Under the pieces are notes generated by a model that saw nothing but the letters and a program-made list of their open reading frames with translations, made no database searches and was not told where the DNA came from. A stretch of DNA of 64,000 nt from Bacteroidia bacterium (GTDB lineage Bacteria > Bacteroidota > Bacteroidia > Bacteroidales > Paludibacteraceae): positions 702 to 64,701 of the forward strand of contig JAGKVE010000008.1 of assembly GCA_021152555.1 (NCBI GenBank). Direction: 5' to 3'. This document shows positions 16,576 through 26,597 of the stretch, in pieces. Each line of letters opens with the position of its first letter. The stretch's first letter is position 1. A program made the position numbers and the translations under genes.

Positions 16576-18115
16576 CGATTTTCTTGTATAGTTCTTTCGG
16601 ATCTGTAGCCTTGCGAATTATATCGTGCAGGTCTTCTATTTTTACACGGTCCTGTTCCATTGTGTCGCGATAGCGTACTGTGACGCAGCCGTCTTTCTCT
16701 GTGTCGTGATCAACCGTGATACAGAATGGTGTGCCGACTGCATCCTGACGACGGTAACGCTTGCCGATGGAGTCTTTCTCGTCGTAGGCGACTTTGAAAT
16801 CGAATTTCAGTTCGTTCATGATCTCGCGTGCTTTCTCGGGCAGACCGTCTTTCTTGACAAGCGGCATGATACATGCTTTTACTGGTGCAAGTACCGGCGG
16901 CAAATGGAGTACGACACGGGTGTCGCCGCCTTCAAGTTGCTGCTCTTCGTAGCTTGAGCACATGACGGAAAGGAACATACGGTCCACACCGATAGAGGTC
17001 TCTATGACATACGGGGTGTAACTCTGGTTGAGTTCGGGGTCAAAATACTCAATCTTCTTTCCGCTGAATTTGGCGTGCTGCGAGAGGTCGAAGTTCGTGC
17101 GGCTGTGAATACCCTCCACTTCTTTGAAACCGAACGGCATGAGGAATTCGATGTCGGTTGCGGCGTTCGCATAGTGTGCCAGTTTCTCATGATCGTGGAA
17201 ACGGTATTTCTCATCTCCAAGACCTAGTGCTTTGTGCCAGCGGAGGCGGAACTGTTTCCAGTGCTCGAACCATTTCAACTCCTCGCCCGGACGAACAAAG
17301 AACTGCATCTCCATCTGCTCGAACTCACGCATACGGAAAATGAACTGGCGGGCAACAATCTCGTTCCGGAATGCCTTGCCGATCTGCGCGATACCGAATG
17401 GTACTTTCATACGGCCGGTTTTCTGTACGTTGAGGAAGTTGACGAAGATTCCTTGTGCTGTCTCCGGACGGAGGTAAATCTTCATGGCACCGTCTGCTGT
17501 GGAACCCATTTCCGTTTGGAACATCAGGTTGAACTGACGCACGTCGGTCCAGTTGCGTGTTCCGCTAATCGGGCAGACAATCTCCTCGTCGAGGATAATC
17601 TGTTTGAGTTCGGCAAGATCGTTGTCGTTCATCGCTTTCGCATAGCGGGCATGCAGTGCCTCGCGTTTCTCAATATGCTCGCGGACGCGCTCATTGGTTT
17701 GTTTGTACAGCTCCTCATCGAAGCTCTCGCCGAAACGCTTACGGGCTTTTTCTAACTCTTTGGCGATTTTCTCATCGTATTTGGCAATCTGATCTTCGAT
17801 GAGCACATCGGCGCGATATCGCTTTTTTGAATCACGGTTGTCTATCAGCGGGTCGTTGAAGGCGTCAACATGCCCGGAGGCTTTCCAGGTCGTCGGGTGC
17901 ATGAAGATAGCGGCATCAATTCCGACAATGTTCTCATGGAGCAGCGTCATCGCATCCCACCAATAACGCTTGATGTTATTCTTCAGTTCCACGCCGTTCT
18001 GACCGTAGTCATAGACAGCGCCTAAACCGTCGTAAATCTCGCTGGAGGGAAATACAAAACCGTATTCCTTGCAATGCGCCACGATTTTCTTAAATGTTTC
18101 TTCTTGTGTTGCCAT
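16565..18115 (-). CDS. glyQS: glycine--tRNA ligase (homodimeric class II type)
   Basis: Full-length 516-aa match to the GlyRS pattern (YGFVFPSSEIYDGLGAVYDYG, FRNEI, GIGVDR). The 3' end converges on and overlaps nadD. Confidence 0.95.
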   Translation of the reverse strand: MATQEETFKKIVAHCKEYGFVFPSSEIYDGLGAVYDYGQNGVELKNNIKRYWWDAMTLLHENIVGIDAAIFMHPTTWKASGHVDAFNDPLIDNRDSKKRYRADVLIEDQIAKYDEKIAKELEKARKRFGESFDEELYKQTNERVREHIEKREALHARYAKAMNDNDLAELKQIILDEEIVCPISGTRNWTDVRQFNLMFQTEMGSTADGAMKIYLRPETAQGIFVNFLNVQKTGRMKVPFGIAQIGKAFRNEIVARQFIFRMREFEQMEMQFFVRPGEELKWFEHWKQFRLRWHKALGLGDEKYRFHDHEKLAHYANAATDIEFLMPFGFKEVEGIHSRTNFDLSQHAKFSGKKIEYFDPELNQSYTPYVIETSIGVDRMFLSVMCSSYEEQQLEGGDTRVVLHLPPVLAPVKACIMPLVKKDGLPEKAREIMNELKFDFKVAYDEKDSIGKRYRRQDAVGTPFCITVDHDTEKDGCVTVRYRDTMEQDRVKIEDLHDIIRKATDPKELYKKIVSE

Positions 18116-18141
18116 ATATAATTATATTTGAATGTTTGTCG

Positions 18142-20214
18142 TTACACTGTACGCATATATCCGTTCCGGTATGCGTGTAATAGTTGTTCAAGGCTTTCTA
18201 TCTGTTGCAGCAGTTCTTTGCCTTTGTCTGTATCTTTGATACGAATCCGCTTGCCTGAGTTGTCCTGCAGCAGTGTCCGGCTATGAATATCGCTTCCGGA
18301 AAGAACTGCTTGTTCGCGGCTCTCGAAAGAATCATGTTCTACGAGTTGGATCCCATGACTGTTATAGATGAGCGTGTAGCCGGCAATACCCGTTTTTTCC
18401 TGATAGGGCTTGCTGAAACCGCCGTCAATGACGAACCGTTTGCCGTTCGCGCGGGTAGGTGTCTCTCCTTTGATTGTACGTACAGGAACATGCCCGTTGA
18501 CAATACGGCCGACTGCAGGGTCAAGACCGAACTCGCGGAGGATGGCATCGCATATGTGCTCGTCGTCTGCCAATGCGAAATAAGCTCCTTTGCGTTCTTC
18601 GTGGGTCGTTTTGTCGGCTATGAAATAACGCTCGAAAGTGGTCATGCGGTCTTTGTTGTAAAGCGGAGAGAATTCGCCTTCCCATAGGTATAGCATATAA
18701 TCAAGCGCGTCCTCTTTTTCTTTCCCTTCTCCATAGTATGCCTTGCGGATGATTTCATCTGTCCTGTCCATTAGCGCCTTGCCGCTCACCTGTTTGCCGC
18801 ATACATCGGCGACGGTGAACGAGCCATCGGCATTTAGCGGAATGGCGGCGTGGTAGAGCAGGAATCCGTTACGCACCAAGTACAGCGAACCATGCTCATA
18901 GAGCATCCGCAAATGGCGTTGCATCTTCTCTGACTTGCGGAACGAACGCCATAACTGGCTCATTAGGTCCTGCTCATATTGGTTGAGAGCGTACGGGTCG
19001 GCAGGATTGAGGGTCGGCAGGTACGTATCCAGCAAAGGGTAGGTTACGCCGTTCAGCGTTATAGTACCCGTCTTGAGGTCTATCTTGTCCAAGAGCGCAC
19101 GATGGTCCATATGCCATTCGGGGTGACGGAGAACGGTCTGACCCTCTAACTTGAACTGGATAATGGAAATCGCTTTGTGCATCTTCGCCATCAGTTGGGC
19201 CGAACGAGTCAGACGAGGGTTGTTCTCAAAATCTTTTGTCTGCCATATGTCGCAGGGGTCATTGCCATAGACTGTCATCGCGAAGTTCGCCAACGGCAGC
19301 AGGTTAATGCCGTAGCCTTCCTCCAATGTCTCGATATTGGCATACCGGATGCTGACGCGAAGAACGGTTGCCAGAAGGGCAAGGTTGCCCGCCATCGCTC
19401 CCATCCATTCTATATCATGGTTACCCCATTGTACATCATGGTCGCGCACAGTCGAGAGAACATCAAGAATCTTACTTGCGCCCGGACCGCGGTCAAAGAT
19501 GTCGCCCACAATATGAAGCGTGTCAATTGTCAGAGAATGAATAAGGTAACTGATGGCAATGAGTAACTGCTCGGCGCAACCCGTTTCGATAATTGCATCA
19601 ATAATGGCATTGTAATACGTCTGGCGGTCATGTTGTTCCAGATTGGATTCATGCAATAACTCGTCAATGATATACGCATAATCCGGCGGCAGCAGCTTGT
19701 GTACTTTGCTGCGGCTGTATTTGATGGTTACGGCACGCGCGATGTCAACCACCTGATGCAACCGGAGGCGGTACCATTCCTCCAAAGTCGGCAGGTTCGA
19801 TATCTCCGCATTCTGCGTAAAGAGGTCTATATACCCGCTATTAGCCCCTTCTTTGAGCGGCTTTGCCGCGGTCTTTCGACTTTCTACTTTCGACCCGTGG
19901 GGACGGGGGGCTTCATAATACTTCTTTATCAGTTCGATGCGTTCGTCCGGATAATAGATAAGTGCGCAAAGAGCCCGTTTCTCTTCTTCTGATATTGTGT
20001 CGCAATAGACCTCGTCCACTTTTTTGCGCACAACGCCGGAAGCGTTTTTTATCATATGTATGAACGCTAGCGACTCGCCGTGCAAGTCACTCACAAAATG
20101 CTCAGTGCCTTTAGGCAGAGATAGTATTGCCCGCAGATTGATCAGCTCGGTAATAACGGCTTGTTCGTTAGGAAACTTCTCGCTTAACAGGTGTAAATAT
20201 CGTTCATCTTGCAT
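18142..20214 (-). CDS. fbp: fructose-1,6-bisphosphatase class 3
   Basis: MQDERYLHLLSEKFPN start. Metallophosphatase motifs GDIFDRGP and GNHD. Start trimmed to ATG 20214 because a TAATTTTG box lies inside the longer ORF. Confidence 0.9.
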   Translation of the reverse strand: MQDERYLHLLSEKFPNEQAVITELINLRAILSLPKGTEHFVSDLHGESLAFIHMIKNASGVVRKKVDEVYCDTISEEEKRALCALIYYPDERIELIKKYYEAPRPHGSKVESRKTAAKPLKEGANSGYIDLFTQNAEISNLPTLEEWYRLRLHQVVDIARAVTIKYSRSKVHKLLPPDYAYIIDELLHESNLEQHDRQTYYNAIIDAIIETGCAEQLLIAISYLIHSLTIDTLHIVGDIFDRGPGASKILDVLSTVRDHDVQWGNHDIEWMGAMAGNLALLATVLRVSIRYANIETLEEGYGINLLPLANFAMTVYGNDPCDIWQTKDFENNPRLTRSAQLMAKMHKAISIIQFKLEGQTVLRHPEWHMDHRALLDKIDLKTGTITLNGVTYPLLDTYLPTLNPADPYALNQYEQDLMSQLWRSFRKSEKMQRHLRMLYEHGSLYLVRNGFLLYHAAIPLNADGSFTVADVCGKQVSGKALMDRTDEIIRKAYYGEGKEKEDALDYMLYLWEGEFSPLYNKDRMTTFERYFIADKTTHEERKGAYFALADDEHICDAILREFGLDPAVGRIVNGHVPVRTIKGETPTRANGKRFVIDGGFSKPYQEKTGIAGYTLIYNSHGIQLVEHDSFESREQAVLSGSDIHSRTLLQDNSGKRIRIKDTDKGKELLQQIESLEQLLHAYRNGYMRTV

Positions 20215-20256
20215 ACCAAATGTGCTACCGAAATTGTGAATTTGCAATTTTGCCTG

Positions 20257-20290
20257 CAAAATTACTGCTTTTTTTTGATATACGCAAACT
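20257..20290 (-). promoter_or_regulatory. Bacteroidota-type promoter for fbp (TAATTTTG = complement of 20257-20264)
   Basis: -7 box 43 nt upstream of the fbp ATG. Confidence 0.5.
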
Positions 20291-20337
20291 TTCTGAAAAG
20301 AAAAAAATAATAAAAAATACAAAAAATGCAGGCAACT

Positions 20338-20369
20338 ATTGCATAAATAAAAAAAAAGTAGTAATTTTG
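20338..20369 (+). promoter_or_regulatory. Bacteroidota-type promoter for the MFS gene (TAATTTTG 20362-20369)
   Basis: TTG at 20339-20341, N20, then the -7 box. ATG at 20393. Confidence 0.55.
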
Positions 20370-20392
20370 TCGTCGATTTTAAATCAAACACC

Positions 20393-21745
20393 ATGCAGAA
20401 ACGAAATTTATCCTTCGCCCAGCTCTTCAACCTGAGTTTTGGATTTTTCGGAGTACAGATCGCATACGCTCTTCAAAGCGCAAATATCTCCCGTATTTTT
20501 GCTACCTTGGGTGCCGACCCTCATACGCTGAGTTTCTTTTGGATTCTTCCGCCGTTGATGGGTATGATTGTGCAGCCGTTGGTCGGCAAGTATAGTGACA
20601 AAACGTGGAACCGTCTTGGTCGGCGTAAGCCGTACTTGCTCGTCGGAGCGCTCATCGCAGTGGCGGTGATGCTGTTGCTGCCGAACGCCGGTAACTTCAC
20701 GTTTACCCAGTCTGTCTTCCTGGGCTTGAATGCAGCTATGTGGTTCGGTTTGTTCAGCCTCATGCTCCTTGATACAAGTATCAATATCGCTATGCAGCCA
20801 TTCAAGATGATGGTCGGTGATATGGTCAATGAGGAGCAGAAGGGTACCGCTTATGCGATTCAGTCGGCGCTTTGTAACGCGGGTTCGCTCGCGGGATACA
20901 TCTTCCCGATTTTCTTTACCTGGATCGGTATTGCCAATACCGCTCCTGAAGGCGTCATTCCGGATTCCGTGAAATGGTCGTTCTACTGCGGAGCGGCGAT
21001 TTTGATTCTTTGCTCGCTTTACACGTTCGCTACCGTCAAGGAGCTTAACCCGGAGGAGTACGCAGAGTTCCACGGCATCAAAGAAAATGACAAATCTCAA
21101 ATGTCAAATAACCAATCGGAGGAGGGTTTTATAACTTTACTCCGCAAGGCTCCTTCTGCCTTTTGGACGGTTGGCCTCGTGCAGTTCTTCTGCTGGGCGG
21201 CATTTATGTATATGTGGACCTACTCCAACGGCGCTATCGCTGCCAACTGCTACGGTTGGGACGGCGTGAGCGCAGCAGACGAAGCTTTCCAGACCGCGGG
21301 AAACTGGGTGGGTGTAGTATTCGCTATTCAGGCGGTCGGTTCGCTTCTCTGGGCGATGATTCTGCCGATGCTGGAGAAGATGACCGGTAACAAAGGCGCA
21401 TATGCTATTTCGCTGGTTGTCGGTGCTGTCGGGTTTATATCCATCTGGTATGTTACTAATCCGTATGTGCTCTGGCTCAGCTACGCGCTTATCGGCGCGG
21501 CTTGGGCGGCCATGCTCGCCTTGCCGTTCACTATCGTGACCAATGCTATCAAAGGCGGAAACATGGGATATTACCTCGGTTTGTTCAACTGTACGATCTG
21601 CGTTCCGCAGATTGTAGCAGCATTGTGCGGAGGTTTACTCCTTAAATATATATGCGCGCACGTACAGGCGGGAATGCTGGTTGTTGCCGGATGTCTGCTC
21701 CTCTGCGGTGCTGCGGCTGTCTTCTTGATCAAAGAAAAAGAGTAA
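20393..21745 (+). CDS. MFS sugar transporter (GPH/SLC45-like, sucrose- or maltose-type symporter)
   Basis: 12-TM pattern. N-terminal signature FGVQIAYALQSANISRIF ... GKYSDKTWNRLGRRKPY. Confidence 0.8.
   Translation: MQKRNLSFAQLFNLSFGFFGVQIAYALQSANISRIFATLGADPHTLSFFWILPPLMGMIVQPLVGKYSDKTWNRLGRRKPYLLVGALIAVAVMLLLPNAGNFTFTQSVFLGLNAAMWFGLFSLMLLDTSINIAMQPFKMMVGDMVNEEQKGTAYAIQSALCNAGSLAGYIFPIFFTWIGIANTAPEGVIPDSVKWSFYCGAAILILCSLYTFATVKELNPEEYAEFHGIKENDKSQMSNNQSEEGFITLLRKAPSAFWTVGLVQFFCWAAFMYMWTYSNGAIAANCYGWDGVSAADEAFQTAGNWVGVVFAIQAVGSLLWAMILPMLEKMTGNKGAYAISLVVGAVGFISIWYVTNPYVLWLSYALIGAAWAAMLALPFTIVTNAIKGGNMGYYLGLFNCTICVPQIVAALCGGLLLKYICAHVQAGMLVVAGCLLLCGAAAVFLIKEKE
21089..21115. repeat. 7-nt-period array read in frame in the central cytoplasmic loop (DKSQMSNNQ)
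   Basis: ACAAATC TCAAATG TCAAATA ACCAATC. Confidence 0.6.
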
Positions 21746-21770
21746 AAACACAAAATAACTAACAATCATT

Positions 21771-24749
21771 ATGAAAAACAAAGCGCTTCCCCTCAGTCTG
21801 ATGGCATTTGCGCTGCTGTTCAGCGTAGCTATTCAGGCGCAGATTACGGGTACCGTTTTGGAGCCTTCTGGCGACCCTGCTATCGGAGCCAGCATCCTTC
21901 AGATCGGTACAACCAATGGTGTGATTACAGATTTCGACGGTAACTTCGAACTCAATGTTCCGGAAGGTACCGAGCTGCAGATCAGCTACATGGGATTCAA
22001 GACACAGACCGCCGTTGCCAAGAAAGGCATGGTGATCCGTCTCGTAGAGGACACGCATGTGCTGCAGGAGGTGGTAGCCATTGGTTATGGATCCCAGAAG
22101 AAAAAAGAGGTTACCGGCTCCGTGGCTTCGGTCAAAGCCGAGGACTTCAACGCCGGCGTAAAGACCAACCCTGTGGGCTTGCTGCAAGGTAAGGTAGCCG
22201 GTCTGAACATCAGCCGTACCACCTCCGACCCCACTTCGACAGGCTATAACATACAGATTCGTGGTTTCTCTACCCTCGGTCAGGGTACGGGCTCTTCGCC
22301 TTTGTATATTGTGGACGGTGTGCCAACCAGCAATATCGACAATATCGCTCCCGACGAGATCGCCTCGATGGACGTGCTTAAAGACGGTTCGGCTGCGGCT
22401 ATATATGGTACGCGCGGAACGAACGGCGTTATTCTCATCACCACCAAGCGCGGCGAGGCATTCAGCGACAAAGTGGAGACACAGTTGGAATACTCGGGCT
22501 ATGTGAACGTGGCGTGGATTAACTCGCGCGTAGGCATGGCAGATGCCGAGCAGTTCCGCGCCCTTGGCGAAGCCACCGGCGGCAAGCTGACAGGGATTGA
22601 CCATGGAGCTACCACCGACTGGACGGCGGCACTTGCACGCCAAGCAGCAGTTACCCATAACCATAACGTGGCAATATCCGGCGCACACCGTAACTTCAGC
22701 TACCGCGCTTCGCTCAACTACAAGGACGCGCAAGGTATTGCCAAAAACAACGGACGCAAAGAAATTGTAGCGAAACTGGCGGCTGACCAGAAGTGCTTGA
22801 ATGGCTGGCTCAAACTGCAATACGACTTCTCGTACATGCACTACCGCAACGACTACTCCGCAGCGGACTTCACCATCGCATCGCAACTGAACCCGACCAT
22901 GCCTATCTACAACGAAGACGGGTCATACTATATCCCCGGCAACTCGGGACAATACAACCCCGTAGAGTGGCTCAACGCGCGAGAGAACTATCAAAATGGT
23001 AACTACTTCCGCGGCTCTGTCAAGGCTACGGTGGATATCAAAGCCGTTCCGGGCTTGAAGGTGAATGCGTTTGCTGCTATCGAGGAAGGCGACAACCGCT
23101 CATACTCCTACAACAACAACATTACCGACCCCAACAAAGCTGAAGCGAGCGACTGGGCAAACCGACAGTTCGATATGAATCTCAACCAGTTATACGAAGC
23201 AACTATCGACTATGCCGGCAGCTGGAACAACCATAACCTCGTGCTCGTAGCAGGTTTCTCCTACCAGCATTTTATGGACGACGGTATGAACTCTTCCAAC
23301 AAGGGGTTCATCATGCCTTCCATCAAATACTACTCCATCGGCGAGGGCGACGCTTCCAAAGATTATCTGTCGGTTAGCTCGTGGCGCAACGCACACGCGC
23401 TGGCAGCCGCCTTCGCGCGCGTGAACTATAATTATGATGACAAATACCTGCTTTCCGCCTCTATCCGCGCAGAGGGCTCCAGCCGCTTCGGTGCAAATAA
23501 CAAATGGGGCTACTTCCCCGCTGTCAGCGCAGGTTGGCGCATCAAGGGAGAAGACTTCATGTCCGACGCCGACTGGTGCAACGAGTTGAAACTCCGTGCC
23601 GGATTCGGTGTTACAGGTAACAACGTAGGTCAGAGCCTAATGTCCGTAGCACTGCTCTCCAAATCGGACGTGTTCGACTACGATGGAAAGCCCACTGCTA
23701 CCTACACCGTTACGCAGAACGTGAACCCCGACCTGCGTTGGGAGAAGAAATACGAGTACAACCTCGGTTTAGACTATGCGTTCCTTGATAATCGCTTGAG
23801 CGGTAGTTTGGAAGGCTATGTCCGCAACACCAAAGACCTGCTCTGGTACTACGAAGTGCCCACTCCGCCTTACCAATATACCACTTTGCTGGCAAACGCC
23901 GGAGAGATGCTATCTTATGGTGTGGAATTGGCTATCACGGGTATCCCTGTGCAGACCAAAGACTGGTCATGGACTTCAGGGCTCACCTTGGCTTGGAACC
24001 AAAACAAAATTACCAAACTCTCCGACCCAGATAAAGGCTTCAACTACTCCGAGACGCCGCAAGGTAACCTCTATGGCAACAAATTCAACGGCTCCGACTC
24101 CTACACGCAAATCTTGATGGAAGGCGGCATCGTAGGGCAATGGTATGGCTACAAATTCCTCGGATTCAACAACAAAGGCGAATGGATGTACGAAGACCAA
24201 TACGGAGGTGCTACCGCTAAACCGACCACTGCCGACAAGCAGTTCTTGGGCTCCGCACAACCCCTGCTCACCTATGGTTGGAACAACACGGTACGCTGGC
24301 GCGACCTCGACATCACCATCTTCCTACGAGGCGTGCTGGGCAACAAGATCCTGAACGCAAGCCGATTCATGTACACCCCCGATGGTACCGACAAACAAAC
24401 CAACTACAACTTCTTTGCCAAGGACGTGCTCTCGGGCGAAGGTCCTGCCAAGAACGGCGGCGCGGTGTTTGCTGACTACAACCACTTCTCCGACTATTGG
24501 CTCGAATCCGGCTCCTACCTGAAGTGCGACAACATCACAATCGGCTACACCTTCCGCTTCAAAGAGAATAAGTATGCCCGCTCGCTCCGCTTGTACGCTA
24601 CCGGACAGAACCTCTTCACCATTACCTCTTACTCTGGTCTCGACCCCGAGGTGAACACCTCCTGCATCGACTACCCGGGCGTGGATATCAACAACTTCTA
24701 TCCAAAGACCGCATCCTTCCTCTTTGGTGTTAACCTGAATCTGTTATAA
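21771..24749 (+). CDS. SusC/RagA family TonB-linked outer membrane protein
   Basis: Signal peptide, CarboxypepD_reg-like N-domain (ITGTVLEPSGDPAIGASI), TonB plug (VLKDGSAAAIYGTRGTNGVILITTKRG), long barrel, C-terminal ...FLFGVNLNLL. Confidence 0.9.
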   Translation: MKNKALPLSLMAFALLFSVAIQAQITGTVLEPSGDPAIGASILQIGTTNGVITDFDGNFELNVPEGTELQISYMGFKTQTAVAKKGMVIRLVEDTHVLQEVVAIGYGSQKKKEVTGSVASVKAEDFNAGVKTNPVGLLQGKVAGLNISRTTSDPTSTGYNIQIRGFSTLGQGTGSSPLYIVDGVPTSNIDNIAPDEIASMDVLKDGSAAAIYGTRGTNGVILITTKRGEAFSDKVETQLEYSGYVNVAWINSRVGMADAEQFRALGEATGGKLTGIDHGATTDWTAALARQAAVTHNHNVAISGAHRNFSYRASLNYKDAQGIAKNNGRKEIVAKLAADQKCLNGWLKLQYDFSYMHYRNDYSAADFTIASQLNPTMPIYNEDGSYYIPGNSGQYNPVEWLNARENYQNGNYFRGSVKATVDIKAVPGLKVNAFAAIEEGDNRSYSYNNNITDPNKAEASDWANRQFDMNLNQLYEATIDYAGSWNNHNLVLVAGFSYQHFMDDGMNSSNKGFIMPSIKYYSIGEGDASKDYLSVSSWRNAHALAAAFARVNYNYDDKYLLSASIRAEGSSRFGANNKWGYFPAVSAGWRIKGEDFMSDADWCNELKLRAGFGVTGNNVGQSLMSVALLSKSDVFDYDGKPTATYTVTQNVNPDLRWEKKYEYNLGLDYAFLDNRLSGSLEGYVRNTKDLLWYYEVPTPPYQYTTLLANAGEMLSYGVELAITGIPVQTKDWSWTSGLTLAWNQNKITKLSDPDKGFNYSETPQGNLYGNKFNGSDSYTQILMEGGIVGQWYGYKFLGFNNKGEWMYEDQYGGATAKPTTADKQFLGSAQPLLTYGWNNTVRWRDLDITIFLRGVLGNKILNASRFMYTPDGTDKQTNYNFFAKDVLSGEGPAKNGGAVFADYNHFSDYWLESGSYLKCDNITIGYTFRFKENKYARSLRLYATGQNLFTITSYSGLDPEVNTSCIDYPGVDINNFYPKTASFLFGVNLNLL

Positions 24750-24773
24750 TCCGTTTTGAAAATTGTAAAGAAT

Positions 24774-26537
24774 ATGAAGACTATAATGAAATATGCGCTG
24801 GTAAGCGCAATCGCCATGCCGATGCTGTTCGCTTCTTGCAACCTGCTGGAAGAGGAGAACTTCGGCAAACCGACCACCGACGCCATGCTTCAGAACGAAG
24901 GAAATGTGGTCTCGCTGGTGGGACAAGCATACGCAGACCTTCGTTTCATGCACGACCACTGGGGCTATTGGGGCGTAAACACCCTGACTGCCGATGAGGG
25001 ACTTTGCCCTATCCGTAAAGGTGGCGACTGGAACGACGGCGGCTACTGGAAATACCTCAACACCCACGAGTGGAATGCCTATGGCGAGGCATTCAAGAAT
25101 ATATGGAACTGTACCGTAGCCGGCTCCGTGCTCTGCAACAACCTGCTGGAAACGCTCTACATGAACGAGGAAAACATGACCCCCGAGTCATACGGCAAGT
25201 TCGTTGGCGAGTTGGAGACCCTCCGTTCCTACTACTATTACCTGCTCTTCGACTCCTTCGGGCGCATCCCTTACATGGAAGACTACTCCGACCGCAACGA
25301 GGCGTTATTGGAACCACATGTCGTTTGGGCACACCTCGTCTCTACGCTGGAACGCAATGCACCAAACATGGCTGTGGTGAACGATGCTAACCGCACAGAG
25401 TATGCAGGACGCTGCACCCAAGGCTTCGCCTACGCACTCTTGGCTCGCTTGTACCTCAACGCCGAATCGTTCGGCTGCACACCGGAGAACGTGATGAAAG
25501 CAGAGCGCACCTGCGATGTACATAACGGCAAGAAAGGTTCGAAACCGCTGGAGGAAGTAGGCATCAAGATTCAAAGCACGCAAGACTTCTACACCAATGC
25601 TATTCGTTGTGCAAACAAAGTAATTGAGTCCGGCGCATACATCATTGAGCCGAATTATTTCACCAACTACAAGATTGACAACGCAGGCAGCCGCGAGAAC
25701 ATCTTCACTATCGTAGAAGACGGACTCACCTCTACCTATCCCGAGCGCGATATGTACGCTTGCAAAAACAAACTGCGTATCGAGTTCCTCTCGTTGCACT
25801 ACGGCTTCCAAAAGCGTTTTGGCATGCAACTTGACTGCTGGAACGGCTTCTGCGCACGCCCGAACTTCATGACTATCTTCAACGATCACGATGTGCGTGG
25901 CGCAGGCTACGAAGGCAAGGGCACCATGGACACCAAACAATGGGCTTGGTACTTAGGTCCGCTTTGCGATGCTGACGGTAATGTCATGCTCGACACCGAC
26001 AACGAGCCGATTGATATCCATGTAGAAATTGAATCGCTGGACGCTGCAGACCGGCGCGACGGTGCACGTATGTACAAGTACGAACTGGACAAAGAAGGCA
26101 AGTATAAATATATGGAGAACGACTTCGTACTCTTCCGTTATGCAGACGTACTCTTGATGAAGAAAGAGGCATTGCTCCGCGGTGGCATAGACGATGCGCC
26201 GAGCATTGAGGATGCTGCTATCAACGATATGAAGAAACGTACCTTTGCTTACTCCTCCGACCCCGTGGCTGCTTTCGATGCTGCTTATCCCGATGCCTTC
26301 ACCGTACTCTCTACCGACCTTGAGAAAGGTATCTTGGCAGAGCGCGGACGCGAGCTGAGTTGGGAGAACGCACGCCGACGCGACTTGATTCGATTTGGGC
26401 TGTTCGAGAAGATTCAGTACGTGAAGAACACCGCAGAGACGCGCCGCTGGTTCCCTATCCCCTACAGCGTACTGCAAAAAGCCGTAGTGGACCCCGAAAC
26501 AGGCACGAAACTCTGGACACAAAACCCTGGTTATTAA
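24774..26537 (+). CDS. SusD/RagB family nutrient-binding outer membrane lipoprotein
   Basis: Lipobox LFASCN, RSYYYYLLFDSFGRIPY, and a C-terminal RRELSWENARRRDLIRFG...FPIP pattern. Start at ATG 24774; the ORF track starts at TTG 24756. Confidence 0.85.
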   Translation: MKTIMKYALVSAIAMPMLFASCNLLEEENFGKPTTDAMLQNEGNVVSLVGQAYADLRFMHDHWGYWGVNTLTADEGLCPIRKGGDWNDGGYWKYLNTHEWNAYGEAFKNIWNCTVAGSVLCNNLLETLYMNEENMTPESYGKFVGELETLRSYYYYLLFDSFGRIPYMEDYSDRNEALLEPHVVWAHLVSTLERNAPNMAVVNDANRTEYAGRCTQGFAYALLARLYLNAESFGCTPENVMKAERTCDVHNGKKGSKPLEEVGIKIQSTQDFYTNAIRCANKVIESGAYIIEPNYFTNYKIDNAGSRENIFTIVEDGLTSTYPERDMYACKNKLRIEFLSLHYGFQKRFGMQLDCWNGFCARPNFMTIFNDHDVRGAGYEGKGTMDTKQWAWYLGPLCDADGNVMLDTDNEPIDIHVEIESLDAADRRDGARMYKYELDKEGKYKYMENDFVLFRYADVLLMKKEALLRGGIDDAPSIEDAAINDMKKRTFAYSSDPVAAFDAAYPDAFTVLSTDLEKGILAERGRELSWENARRRDLIRFGLFEKIQYVKNTAETRRWFPIPYSVLQKAVVDPETGTKLWTQNPGY

Positions 26538-26597
26538 TACTCAATAATAACCAATTTTCTTTTAATCAATAACAATTTTTAATTAACAACTAACATT

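Noticed and set aside
20215-20430. 72-aa N-terminal extension of fbp overlapping the MFS gene start
   Set aside because: The extension is AT-rich, low-complexity (FFYLCNSCLHFLYFLLFF) and contains the fbp promoter box. The conserved FBPase N-terminus begins at MQDERYL.
21759-22886. 375-aa ORF on the minus strand
   Set aside because: It lies entirely antisense within the well-supported SusC gene, is Arg/Val/Cys/His-rich and has no motifs. It is a typical shadow ORF of a GC-balanced CDS.
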